Shown in pieces: positions 54,271-62,676 of a DNA stretch of 64,000 bases. Positions within the stretch are counted from its first letter, which is position 1; the number at the start of each line of letters is the position of its first letter. Where the stretch lies: the NCBI GenBank assembly GCA_040776945.1, contig JAXGZN010000001.1:473545-537544 (forward strand). The letters run 5' to 3'. Both the position numbers and the translations under genes were made by a program. This DNA is from Methanomassiliicoccaceae archaeon. Its GTDB lineage: Archaea; Thermoplasmatota; Thermoplasmata; Methanomassiliicoccales; Methanomassiliicoccaceae. The notes beneath the pieces are model-generated. The model was not told the DNA's origin and made no database searches. It saw only the letters and a list, made by a program, of their open reading frames with translations.

Positions 54271-54797
54271 CTCCTCAGGACGTCCTCGGCGGTGACGAGA
54301 GCTGACAGCTTCACTCCGATGTCGCCCAGCTTTCGCCCGCCACCCTCCTGGCGGTCCACCACGCACAGCACGTCGTCCACCACCCCCCCGGCGGCACGGA
54401 CGATGCCGATCGCCTCGACGACCGAGCCAGCAGAGGTCACCACGTCCTCGACCATGAGGACCTTCTCTCCCTGTCCGAGCGTTCCCTCGATCATCTTCTG
54501 GGTGCCGTGGTCCTTCTTCTCCCTGCGCACCATGATATACGGGATCTTGGTCCTCAGGGACAACGCCACCGCCAGAGGAATGGAGCCGAGCACGACGCCG
54601 GCGATCTTGTCGACCTCGAGGCCACGCATCTGGACCTCCCTGGCCATCTCATCGGCGATGGTCTCCAGGACATACGGGTCGGTGCTCGCCTTCTTAATGT
54701 CGATATAGTATTCGCTCTTCTTCCCCGATGCCAGGGTGAAATCGCCATACATGAGCGCGCTGCAGCGCACCAGTGCCTCCTTGGTCCTCTTGTTCAT
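54267..54797 (-). CDS. pyrE: orotate phosphoribosyltransferase
   Basis: GDFTLASGKKSEYYID and the PRPP loop VLMVEDVVTSAGS are present. Confidence 0.9.
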   Translation of the reverse strand: MNKRTKEALVRCSALMYGDFTLASGKKSEYYIDIKKASTDPYVLETIADEMAREVQMRGLEVDKIAGVVLGSIPLAVALSLRTKIPYIMVRREKKDHGTQKMIEGTLGQGEKVLMVEDVVTSAGSVVEAIGIVRAAGGVVDDVLCVVDRQEGGGRKLGDIGVKLSALVTAEDVLRR

Positions 54798-54798
54798 G

Positions 54799-55362
54799 TC
54801 ACCAGGGCTCCTTCTTCTTGCCCATCTTGTATCCGATGATGTTGACGGTGCGGTGCAGCACCGGTACGAACACCAGGAGGGTCACCAGGGCAACGATGCC
54901 ATCCCCGCTCACATATCGTGAGGCGATCCACGCCGGGAACAGCAACGCGGTGATGCCCAGTCCCCCGGCGACGAAGTCGTACTGATCGAGAACTGGGGCC
55001 TTGTGCCCGCGCTCCATTCCCAGCCGGCGCTTGATGAGCGCCCCGGTCATGTCTCCCAGCAGCGAGCCGAGGGCCAGGGCGAACACTACGCCCAGAGCGT
55101 CCATCCCGCCTCCCCAGGTCCATTGCTCGGGGAACTCAAATATCATTGAGATCATTATCAGCAGTATGCCCAGGGACGTCCCGGCGGCGACCCCGCCGAA
55201 CAGGCCGGTCCAGGTCTTGCCGTCCCCCAGGATGCGCTTTCCCCTCCAGGTGCGGCCCAGATCGACCGGCGCGCCGCCGCCGAACAGCACTGCCGCCGAG
55301 TTCGGCAACAGCGCTGGCAGGAAGAGGAATATGCCGCTGAGGGCCGCCGAGATAATGTCCAT
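54799..55362 (-). CDS. carS: CDP-archaeol synthase
   Basis: It matches the A. fulgidus CarS pattern closely by eye (PNSAAVLFGGGAPVD, GKRILGDGKTWTG, GDMTGALIKRRLG, GKKKEPW terminus). Confidence 0.85.
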   Translation of the reverse strand: MDIISAALSGIFLFLPALLPNSAAVLFGGGAPVDLGRTWRGKRILGDGKTWTGLFGGVAAGTSLGILLIMISMIFEFPEQWTWGGGMDALGVVFALALGSLLGDMTGALIKRRLGMERGHKAPVLDQYDFVAGGLGITALLFPAWIASRYVSGDGIVALVTLLVFVPVLHRTVNIIGYKMGKKKEPW

Positions 55363-55512
55363 CGTTGCCGGGAAGGCGCATCCGATAGATTACCTTTATC
55401 GGCCGAGGAGCTGAGGGGGGGCGCGCGGGACGTGAACCGGCGCAGCGGTGCCTGGTCCGGAGCCCCCGGATTCGGCGGAAACGCTAATGCCGTCCAAGCC
55501 GATGATGGTTTC

Positions 55513-55851
55513 ATGAAGATCGTCAATCTGTGCGACGCCGAGTGCAAGGCCAACCCTCACGGGGTGGAGGCCAAGAACATGTATGACCATGAGCACGCTC
55601 TTATCACTCATCTGATGCTCCTGCCCGGTCAAGCATTGAAGAGACACATCACGCCGGTGGACGTGGCGTTCTACGTCCTCGAAGGGCGCGGTGAGGTGGA
55701 GATAGGCGAGGAGAAGGAGATCGTCGGCCAGGACGCCATGATAGAGAGCCCCAAGGGCATCCCGCACCTGTGGCGCAACGTCGGGACCTCTCCGCTTCGC
55801 GTCCTGGTGATGAAGCTCCCCCGGCCCGCCGGGAAGACCAAGGTGCTATAG
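55513..55851 (+). CDS. cupin-domain protein
   Basis: It has a cupin two-motif pattern (LLPGQALKRHITPVDVAFYVLEG ... IPHLWRNVG). ATG at 55513 is preferred. Confidence 0.7.
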   Translation: MKIVNLCDAECKANPHGVEAKNMYDHEHALITHLMLLPGQALKRHITPVDVAFYVLEGRGEVEIGEEKEIVGQDAMIESPKGIPHLWRNVGTSPLRVLVMKLPRPAGKTKVL

Positions 55852-56625
55852 GCTGGAGACCGCCCCGTCCCAGATCATGTAGAAGTTGCCCTTCATCTGG
55901 GCGGCGACCTCCGATCGCGGCATCCAGATAGCGACCGAACTGGCCACATCGGGGACCTCCCCGACCACCGGGGAGAACATGATCATGATGTCCCTCCCGT
56001 CGGTAACGATGAACTTGATCATGGGCGTGCGCATGGTCCGCACCTCCTCGGTGAGCGGCCTCAGCTCCTTGACCAGATCTATCTCGCCTTCTGCAGTGAC
56101 GATGGTCGGCCGGGTCATTACCCTCACCCTGACCCCTCTCCTCCTAAGTTCGGGAGCGACTTGCACCATGGCCTCCAGTTCCTCCCGCAGGTAGAGCGCC
56201 CCTAGCAGCAGTACTTCCTCGCGCGCCCGCTCTAGCATGTCCCTCGCACGGGCAGCGATGTTCTGCGACCCCCGGACCATCCATGCATTGGGCGGTTCCC
56301 TCTCCACCACGCCATCGTACCGGGTGCGCATCTCCATCATCGTCGAGTCCAGCTCGTCGTTCATCCTCTCCCGGCGAAGGCCCATGGCCTCCCGGGGGTC
56401 CCGAGCAGTGTAGATCAGGGGGCGGGTCCCCGAGGCCGCGACCCATTCCTCCCTCACCAGACGGCGGAGGACCTCGTAGACCTTGGAGCGCGGCACCCCT
56501 GACCTTTCGGCCACGGCGGCGGCGCCTTGCGGGCCGTGGGTGACCAGTGCGAGATAGGCGCGTGCTCCATAATCGGTCAGTCCCAGCCTCTTCAGGTTGG
56601 CGATAAGCCTATCGTCATGCTTCAT
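55846..56625 (-). CDS. TrmB-family transcriptional regulator
   Basis: LKRLGLTDYGARAYLALVTHGPQGAAAVAERSGVPRSKVYEVLRRLVREEWV is the TrmB wHTH. A C-terminal effector-type domain follows. Confidence 0.8.
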   Translation of the reverse strand: MKHDDRLIANLKRLGLTDYGARAYLALVTHGPQGAAAVAERSGVPRSKVYEVLRRLVREEWVAASGTRPLIYTARDPREAMGLRRERMNDELDSTMMEMRTRYDGVVEREPPNAWMVRGSQNIAARARDMLERAREEVLLLGALYLREELEAMVQVAPELRRRGVRVRVMTRPTIVTAEGEIDLVKELRPLTEEVRTMRTPMIKFIVTDGRDIMIMFSPVVGEVPDVASSVAIWMPRSEVAAQMKGNFYMIWDGAVSSL

Positions 56626-56688
56626 CTTCCCACAACACCCTCAGAGAGTGACAGCAAAAATAAGTATCCCTATGATGGAGGGGGGCTC

Positions 56689-57444
56689 ATGACAATACCT
56701 CCCATGCTGATCGGCCTGGTCTTCTCGCTGGCGATGATCGCGGTCCTTGGAATCCTGCTGTCACGACGAAAGGTCACGCGGCGAGTGGCCGTCCTCATGC
56801 AGATCGCGGTCCTGCTGGTGGCGGGCCTGATGCTGGGCGGCGTCCCGAACCCGATCGCGCAGCTGGACAGCGGCGTGAGATCGCTGTCGCACGGCCAGCT
56901 CCCATTGCTGCCCCTGGTAGGACTGGGCCTTCTGCTTGCGACCGCCTTGATCATGGGCAGGGCCTTCTGCGGCTACGCTTGCCCCCTGGGAGCTGCCCAG
57001 GAGCTCATGTCCTTGCCGATGAAGCGCAAGGTCAAGATCGGAAGGAAGCTTGCGGGCCGGGTCCGATGGGGCTTCTTCGCCCTCTTCATAGCCCTGGCCG
57101 CACTGACCGCCCTCTATCCCAAGTACGACCCGTTCACGTTCTTCGGCCTGGGATGGGCTCTCCCGCCGACCATTGCCTTCGCCGCGATCATGACGGCTTC
57201 GCTGTTCGTGTACCGGCCGTGGTGCGAGCTCCTGTGCCCCTTCGGAGCGCTGGCTTCGCTGGCGTCGCGACGGAGCGTGCTCCGGCTCCGCCGGAACGAT
57301 GACTGCGTGGACTGCGGCCGCTGCGTGCGCGCCTGCCCTACGGAGGAACCGAAGGCTGGAGCGACCATGGAGCGGTGCTATTACTGTGGCCGATGCTTGG
57401 AGGTATGTCCCAAGGACGCTCTCGTGTTCGGACGGGGCCCCTGA
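56689..57444 (+). CDS. membrane-bound polyferredoxin (NapH/MauN-like, 4Fe-4S)
   Basis: It has TM helices plus CGYACPLG and WCELLCPFG loops, and two ferredoxin motifs (CVDCGRCVRACP, CYYCGRCLEVCP). ATG at 56689 is preceded by GGAGGGGGG. Confidence 0.8.
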   Translation: MTIPPMLIGLVFSLAMIAVLGILLSRRKVTRRVAVLMQIAVLLVAGLMLGGVPNPIAQLDSGVRSLSHGQLPLLPLVGLGLLLATALIMGRAFCGYACPLGAAQELMSLPMKRKVKIGRKLAGRVRWGFFALFIALAALTALYPKYDPFTFFGLGWALPPTIAFAAIMTASLFVYRPWCELLCPFGALASLASRRSVLRLRRNDDCVDCGRCVRACPTEEPKAGATMERCYYCGRCLEVCPKDALVFGRGP

Positions 57445-57470
57445 GAACAGGCCTTCCAGGTCGTCGGAGC

Positions 57471-58088
57471 TCACTCGGCGGCGCCCTCAGCCTTCTTCCC
57501 TGCCTCTTTGTTGACCTTGAAGAGAGGGACCATGTCCCTCCCCAAAGCCTCGTTCAGCACATGTGCCATCGCCGAGTATATGGCCATGGCTCCTGCGAGT
57601 ACGCCCAGGGCGCCGGCGGCGACCTTCACATTATCAGAGGCCAAAGCCTCGGAGGCTGAGAGCAGGAGAAGGGTCGCCGTCAGTGACACAAAGATCGCCT
57701 GGGTGACTCGGTTGGTGCCTATCGTTCCGACCGAGAGATAGGCGGAGTAGAGGCCCCACAGCAAGAAGAGCACGGCCATGGCCTCGGCGCTCTCTTGGCT
57801 GGCGAGGCCGATCGTCGGAGCCAGGATGACGGTCACGATGATAATCCAGAACAGCCCGAAGGACGCGAACACGGTCATGCCGAAGGTGTTGCCCCTCTTC
57901 CATTCCATCAACCCGGCGATGAACTGCGCGAGCCCGCCGAAGAAGATGCCCATGGATAGGATGGCGGCTCCCAAAGGTATGAGGCCGGCGTTATGCAGGC
58001 TCAGCATGACAGTGGTCATCCCGAACCCCATCAGTCCCAGTGGGGCGGGATCGGCGGTGATGTCCTTCATAATGTTCGCGGAGGTCAT
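57471..58088 (-). CDS. satP: GPR1/FUN34/YaaH-family acetate (succinate-acetate) channel
   Basis: DPAPLGLMGFG (the NPAPLGL motif), FGGLAQFIAGLMEW and six TM helices are present. Confidence 0.85.
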   Translation of the reverse strand: MTSANIMKDITADPAPLGLMGFGMTTVMLSLHNAGLIPLGAAILSMGIFFGGLAQFIAGLMEWKRGNTFGMTVFASFGLFWIIIVTVILAPTIGLASQESAEAMAVLFLLWGLYSAYLSVGTIGTNRVTQAIFVSLTATLLLLSASEALASDNVKVAAGALGVLAGAMAIYSAMAHVLNEALGRDMVPLFKVNKEAGKKAEGAAE

Positions 58089-58171
58089 GGTCTCAGCGGT
58101 CCACCAATTAAGGGGTATTTAATTTGAGGAGGTCCGTTGGAGCGGGCGGGGCAGTGCCTCCGCATAGACCT

Positions 58172-60070
58172 TCAGCGGCCCCGGCGTGCGAAGAAGTTCA
58201 GCACATCGTTAACCACGATCTCAGTGCTGACCACGTCCAAGCGGTCGGAGAACTGGCCCGCCCTGCGGTCAAGGACCACGGCCACTCCGACATCGGTCTC
58301 TGTCCTGATGAGACGGCCGATGGCCTGCAGCAACTTCCTGGTGACCGGGGCCTTGACGGTGTACTCCCAACCCCGGCCGAACTTGACCTCATAATAATGA
58401 AGAAGCGCGCGCTGCTTCGCGGTCGGCTTAGGATATGGAATACCGGCGACTATGGCCGCCTCGAGCTCCCGGTCCGGGAAGTCGATGCCCTCGGAGACCC
58501 TTCCACCCATGACCGCGAAGAGCACCGCTCCTTTCTCGGAGGAGCCTTTGAACCTGACCACCTCGTCCATCAGCTCGCTCTGGGCCATCCCTCTCCTCTC
58601 GAGGTGCACCTTGCGCCGGATTCGGTTCAGGATGCCGTCGCCCACGAACCTGTCCATAAGCGCATAGGACGGGAAGAATACCACCGTGTTGCGGTCAAGG
58701 ACGTTGCACAGCGAGACGGTATAGTCCTCCATGCGAGCGATTATCTCCTCGTCCTTGATGAGATCCTCATATCTCGTGGTCACGTCCTCGAGGAACAGCA
58801 CCAGACGGTTATCGGGCGGGAACGGTGATGGAAAGGTCATCATGGCCGAGGTCCTCGGAAGCCCGACGGAATCACGGTATTCGTTCAGAGGCTGCAGTGT
58901 TCCGGACATATGGACCGAGGCGCTGCAGTCCAACAGCGTCTTGCAGGCTAGAGAGGGGTCCATGCAGTAGGCCTCGAACGACGGGTTCTCCCCACCGGTC
59001 ACCAGTTTGACGTAGCACTCCTCGTCAAGCTCCAGGAAGAACTGCAGGAAACCGCCCAGGGAATGGACGTACGAGCGTGGCAATCGACCGCGTTTCTTCT
59101 TCTCCTCTCTTATAGTGTCACCGTATACCATCATCGACCTGGCCATGTTCGACAGCCCTGCCGAGGTGGTCTTGAACGCGCTCATGAGGCCTTCCTCGAG
59201 GAAGGGCGGCGGTATCAGTCCGTCGTCCTCGATCAAAAACTCGTCAAGCGCCTCATTCAGGCGTTTCTCGCACTGCCCGACCACGTCCATGACGCTGATA
59301 CCCTCAGCCACCTCAGGGTCCCCGAAATCGTCCACCTCCTTGCGGACCAGGCCAAGGAGGTGGGAGGACAGAGCGACCGAGCGTATCTCCCGTGCGTAAT
59401 CGGGGAGGTTGTGGGCCTCGTCCACTATCACCACCGCCTCGGCCATGGGGATGTTCATCCAATCGAGCAGGTTGTGACGGATGAAGGGCATGAAGAAATA
59501 GGCATAAGGGGCGGTGACCACCTGGGCGTGAGGCAGCAGGTCCTTCGCCAGCTCATGAGGGCATAGGCCCCGCTCGTCACAGTAGGCGGTAAGCTCCTCC
59601 ACCGTCGGGAGGTTCTCTTTGCAGTGATGCAATATGTCGTCAAAATTGGTCGCCAGGACCTGAGCGTAGAAGCGGCAGCCGCCCTCCTTGCCCTCTCTCG
59701 CCCGCGCCTTCCGCTCGGCGCATAGTTTGGACAGTTCCTCCGGCGAGCCAGAACGGAGCTCTGGATCGCGCTGAATGAGAGGACAGGTGCTCTGGCGGCC
59801 CTGAAGGCCAACGCCGAACACTGGTCGCAGATCATTGATCTTCCGGAGCTCCAGCATCACCTGTCGCTGTTGGGAGTTGGTCCTAGTGAGATAGACCACC
59901 TTCTTTCCCTTTTCCAGTGCAGCCTGCAGGGCCCCGCTGAGCGCGCAGATGGTCTTGCCGGTGCCGGTGCCGGACTCCACGACCAGGTGAGCTCCCGACC
60001 TCACATTTGCGGAGATCGCCTTGACCAGCTCTGCCTGATGTGCCCTTGGGGTGTATGGGAAAAGGTCCAT
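58172..60070 (-). CDS. xpd: ATP-dependent 5'-3' DNA helicase XPD/Rad3 (Fe-S helicase family)
   Basis: It has Walker A SGTGTGKT, four Fe-S Cys (STCPL, KLCAE, GGCRFY, GLCPHE), a DEAH box VIVDEAHNL, and C-terminal motif VI QAIGRLIR. Confidence 0.9.
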   Translation of the reverse strand: MDLFPYTPRAHQAELVKAISANVRSGAHLVVESGTGTGKTICALSGALQAALEKGKKVVYLTRTNSQQRQVMLELRKINDLRPVFGVGLQGRQSTCPLIQRDPELRSGSPEELSKLCAERKARAREGKEGGCRFYAQVLATNFDDILHHCKENLPTVEELTAYCDERGLCPHELAKDLLPHAQVVTAPYAYFFMPFIRHNLLDWMNIPMAEAVVIVDEAHNLPDYAREIRSVALSSHLLGLVRKEVDDFGDPEVAEGISVMDVVGQCEKRLNEALDEFLIEDDGLIPPPFLEEGLMSAFKTTSAGLSNMARSMMVYGDTIREEKKKRGRLPRSYVHSLGGFLQFFLELDEECYVKLVTGGENPSFEAYCMDPSLACKTLLDCSASVHMSGTLQPLNEYRDSVGLPRTSAMMTFPSPFPPDNRLVLFLEDVTTRYEDLIKDEEIIARMEDYTVSLCNVLDRNTVVFFPSYALMDRFVGDGILNRIRRKVHLERRGMAQSELMDEVVRFKGSSEKGAVLFAVMGGRVSEGIDFPDRELEAAIVAGIPYPKPTAKQRALLHYYEVKFGRGWEYTVKAPVTRKLLQAIGRLIRTETDVGVAVVLDRRAGQFSDRLDVVSTEIVVNDVLNFFARRGR

Positions 60071-60136
60071 CCACCGAACTCAGTTCCTGGTGCTAGATGT
60101 GCTTTTCGGTGGGTGGACCGTAATGGAAATTGATGC

Positions 60137-60544
60137 CTATGCTCTTCTTTGCCACGCCTCTTCAGTAAGCTCATCGTATACTGAGAGCGACCCGGAGACG
60201 TCCCCTTCCATGATGGATTTCTCGTCTATCAGCTGATGTATGCGCTCCTTCCGGAAAAGCCAGTAATGGATCCTCCACTCTCGTCCATCGTAGAGCGTGG
60301 TCTCCTCTCTCTCGGTGGTGAGGATTCCAGTGTCCTCGAGCATATAGAACGCGTCCCTATCCTCCGGCTCGAGGATGTTGTCGATTATCCGTTCGCTGTA
60401 CCCAAAAAAGTTCAGGATATGCTGCGCCATCTCCTTGGCCTGCTCGTCAGGCATGCCCTCTTTATCTATCCCGTTCCTTATGGCCACCGTCAACTCGTCC
60501 AAAGTCAAGGTGCTGTCAATTGCGCTCTTTTCGGTTCTCATCAT
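60137..60544 (-). CDS. acidic hypothetical protein (135 aa)
   Basis: The composition is protein-like, it lies 66 nt upstream of xpd on the same strand, and its GC is lower than its neighbours. No family is recognised. Confidence 0.55.
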   Translation of the reverse strand: MMRTEKSAIDSTLTLDELTVAIRNGIDKEGMPDEQAKEMAQHILNFFGYSERIIDNILEPEDRDAFYMLEDTGILTTEREETTLYDGREWRIHYWLFRKERIHQLIDEKSIMEGDVSGSLSVYDELTEEAWQRRA

Positions 60545-60682
60545 GATCCCAACCTAACCCCCTCTGACCTTCGCCCTGATAAGGCTACGCCTATAGAGGC
60601 TGCATTTTTTTTGGAACATTTGATATAAGCACTTTGAGAGATAATTATCATTTTGTAGAATGTTAAACAAGGCATATCTCTC

Positions 60683-60728
60683 ATAGGGCTCGACCTTCTT
60701 ATTGCTTTTCTAGCGAGCCCTATATAAG
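60683..60728 (+). promoter_or_regulatory. 10-bp perfect inverted repeat overlapping a TATA box
   Basis: ATAGGGCTCG (60683-60692) and CGAGCCCTAT (60714-60723) are separated by 21 nt. The right arm runs into TATATAAG (60721-60728), about 35 nt upstream of ATG 60763. Confidence 0.5.
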
Positions 60729-60762
60729 CCCGATGGTGCTCAATATCAAAAAGGGAAATGAA

Positions 60763-61056
60763 ATGATAGCGGAGTTCAGCGTGGTGCCTATCGGGGCCGG
60801 AGAATCGGTGAGCATGTACGTGGCAGAATGCCTGAAGATCGTCCGGGAAAGCGGGCTGAAGCACGAACTGACAGCGCTGGCCACGATCCTGGAGGGCGAC
60901 TACGACGAGATCATGGGCGTGATAGGTAGATGTCATAAGAAGGTGCGCTCCATGACTGGTCGGGTGGTGACCACAGTACGCATCGATGATCGGGCCGGGG
61001 CATCGAACGAGATCGAGAGCAAGGTGAGGAGCGTAGAAGAAAAGATGAAGGGTTGA
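60763..61056 (+). CDS. MTH1187/YkoF-family (UPF0045) thiamine-binding-type protein
   Basis: MIAEFSVVPIGAGESVSMYVAECLKIVRESGLKHELTALATILEGDYDEIM is the family pattern. ATG at 60733 in the track lies too close to the TATA box. Confidence 0.75.
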   Translation: MIAEFSVVPIGAGESVSMYVAECLKIVRESGLKHELTALATILEGDYDEIMGVIGRCHKKVRSMTGRVVTTVRIDDRAGASNEIESKVRSVEEKMKG

Positions 61057-61062
61057 AAGGGT

Positions 61063-62676
61063 TTAGATCTGGAGATAGTCCCGATTGCCTATCTTGCTGA
61101 GCTCGACGGAGCGCACTTCCTTGAACCCCTTGGTCTCGGCCATTTCTTTGACCACGGCCTCGCTGACGGGGTTGTCGACCGAGACCAGCATGAGGGCCCG
61201 GCCGCCCTTCTGGTCACGGCCGAGCCCCATGCGGGCGATGTTGATGCCCCTGCTGCCCAGCATAGTGCCGATGCGTCCAATGATGCCTGGAACGTCGGCG
61301 TGAACGGACATCATGAAGTCTCCTTCCAGCGGCATGTCTAGATCGTACTCGTCGATGCCAAGCAGGCGAGGCTCGGAGCCGGGGAACGCCGTTCCCCGGA
61401 CCTCTCGCTTTACCCCGTCGGATTGAAGCGACACGGAGATCATGTTGATGTAGCGCTCCGACTCCTCGACCTTCGACTCAACGACCTGTATGCCTTTCTC
61501 TTTGGCGATTATCTCAGCGTTGATTATGTTAGGCTGCTCGCCCGAGAGGTTGGACAGCACGCCCATCAGAGCGGACACGGTGATCATCTTTGTGTCCACT
61601 GTGGCAAGGTCGCCATGCACCGTAACCGTCACCTTGGCCACCGGCGCATCGGTGAGCTGGACCGCGAAGGCGCCCAGGCGCTCGGCTACGGAGATGAACG
61701 GGATGACCTTGGGGTCCATGCCCCTCACCGGGGCGTTGACCGCGTTGGATATTCGCTTGTCCAGAAGGAACATCTTTACATGCTCGGCCATCTCCACAGA
61801 CACCTTCTCCTGCGCTTCCTTGGTAGATGCGCCGAGATGAGGCGTCACCACTATGTTGTCCAGGGTGAGAAGCTTGGAGCCGGTAGGAGGCTCCTTGGTG
61901 AAGACGTCCAACGCAGCGCCGGCGATCCTCTTCTCCTTTAAGGCGTCGTAGAGCGCGTCCTCATCTATCAGCTCACCTCTTGCCACGTTCAGAATGATCG
62001 TGTTCGGCCTCATCTTCGAAATTAGCTCCCGGGAGATCAGATGGTGCGTGCTGGGGGTCAAGGCGGCATGTATGGTGATGACGTCGGCCTCCTCTATCAC
62101 CTGTTCCAAGGGCATGAGGCGGACCCCAAGCTTCACCGCCACCTCCGTAGGGATGTAGGGGTCATAGCCAACAAGTTTCATCTGGAAGGCCTTGGCGCGC
62201 TTAGCCACCTCACCTCCCACCCGGCCGATCCCGACGATCCCCAGCGTTTTCCCGTTAAGTTCGAAGCCGGTGAACTTGGAGCGCTTCCATTCCCCCTTCT
62301 TGAGCGAGGCATCTGCCCATACGATATTGCGGGCCAGGGTCATCATCATGGCCATGGTGTGCTCGGCCGCGGAAATGATGTTCGCTGCCGGAGTGTTCAT
62401 CACGAGAATGCCTCTCCGGGTGGCGGCCTTCACATCCACGTTGTCCACGCCTACGCCTGCACGGCCGACCACCTTCAGGCTCTTGCCGGCCTCTATCACA
62501 TCAGCGGTGACCTTGGTCCCGGATCGGATGATGAGAGCGTCGTAATCGCCTATTATGTTGATCAGTTCCTCATGGGGGAGATTGGGTCTGACGTCCACTT
62601 GGACCTGCCCGCCCCTCCTCAGCATCTCCAGCCCCTCGGCCGATAGCTCGTCCGTAACCAGCAGTTTGATCATCAC
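61063..62676 (-). CDS. serA: D-3-phosphoglycerate dehydrogenase with C-terminal ACT domain
   Basis: It has the NAD-binding segment GIVGIGRVGGEVA, the catalytic region ARGELID...TPHLGAST, an intervening ASB domain and an ACT domain. It is 537 aa. Confidence 0.9.
   Translation of the reverse strand: MMIKLLVTDELSAEGLEMLRRGGQVQVDVRPNLPHEELINIIGDYDALIIRSGTKVTADVIEAGKSLKVVGRAGVGVDNVDVKAATRRGILVMNTPAANIISAAEHTMAMMMTLARNIVWADASLKKGEWKRSKFTGFELNGKTLGIVGIGRVGGEVAKRAKAFQMKLVGYDPYIPTEVAVKLGVRLMPLEQVIEEADVITIHAALTPSTHHLISRELISKMRPNTIILNVARGELIDEDALYDALKEKRIAGAALDVFTKEPPTGSKLLTLDNIVVTPHLGASTKEAQEKVSVEMAEHVKMFLLDKRISNAVNAPVRGMDPKVIPFISVAERLGAFAVQLTDAPVAKVTVTVHGDLATVDTKMITVSALMGVLSNLSGEQPNIINAEIIAKEKGIQVVESKVEESERYINMISVSLQSDGVKREVRGTAFPGSEPRLLGIDEYDLDMPLEGDFMMSVHADVPGIIGRIGTMLGSRGINIARMGLGRDQKGGRALMLVSVDNPVSEAVVKEMAETKGFKEVRSVELSKIGNRDYLQI

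Noticed and set aside
58124-58828. 234-aa plus-strand ORF opposite xpd
   Set aside because: It is a shadow frame. XPD helicase motifs are continuous on the minus strand.
60545-60762. TPP riboswitch upstream of the YkoF-like gene (also checked upstream of thiM at 20990-21040 and thiE at 18448-18457)
   Set aside because: A UGAGA word is present, but the conserved CUGAGA...ACCUGAUCUGGAUAAUGCCAGCG-type core and pairing partners are absent. The predicted leader is only about 15 nt.
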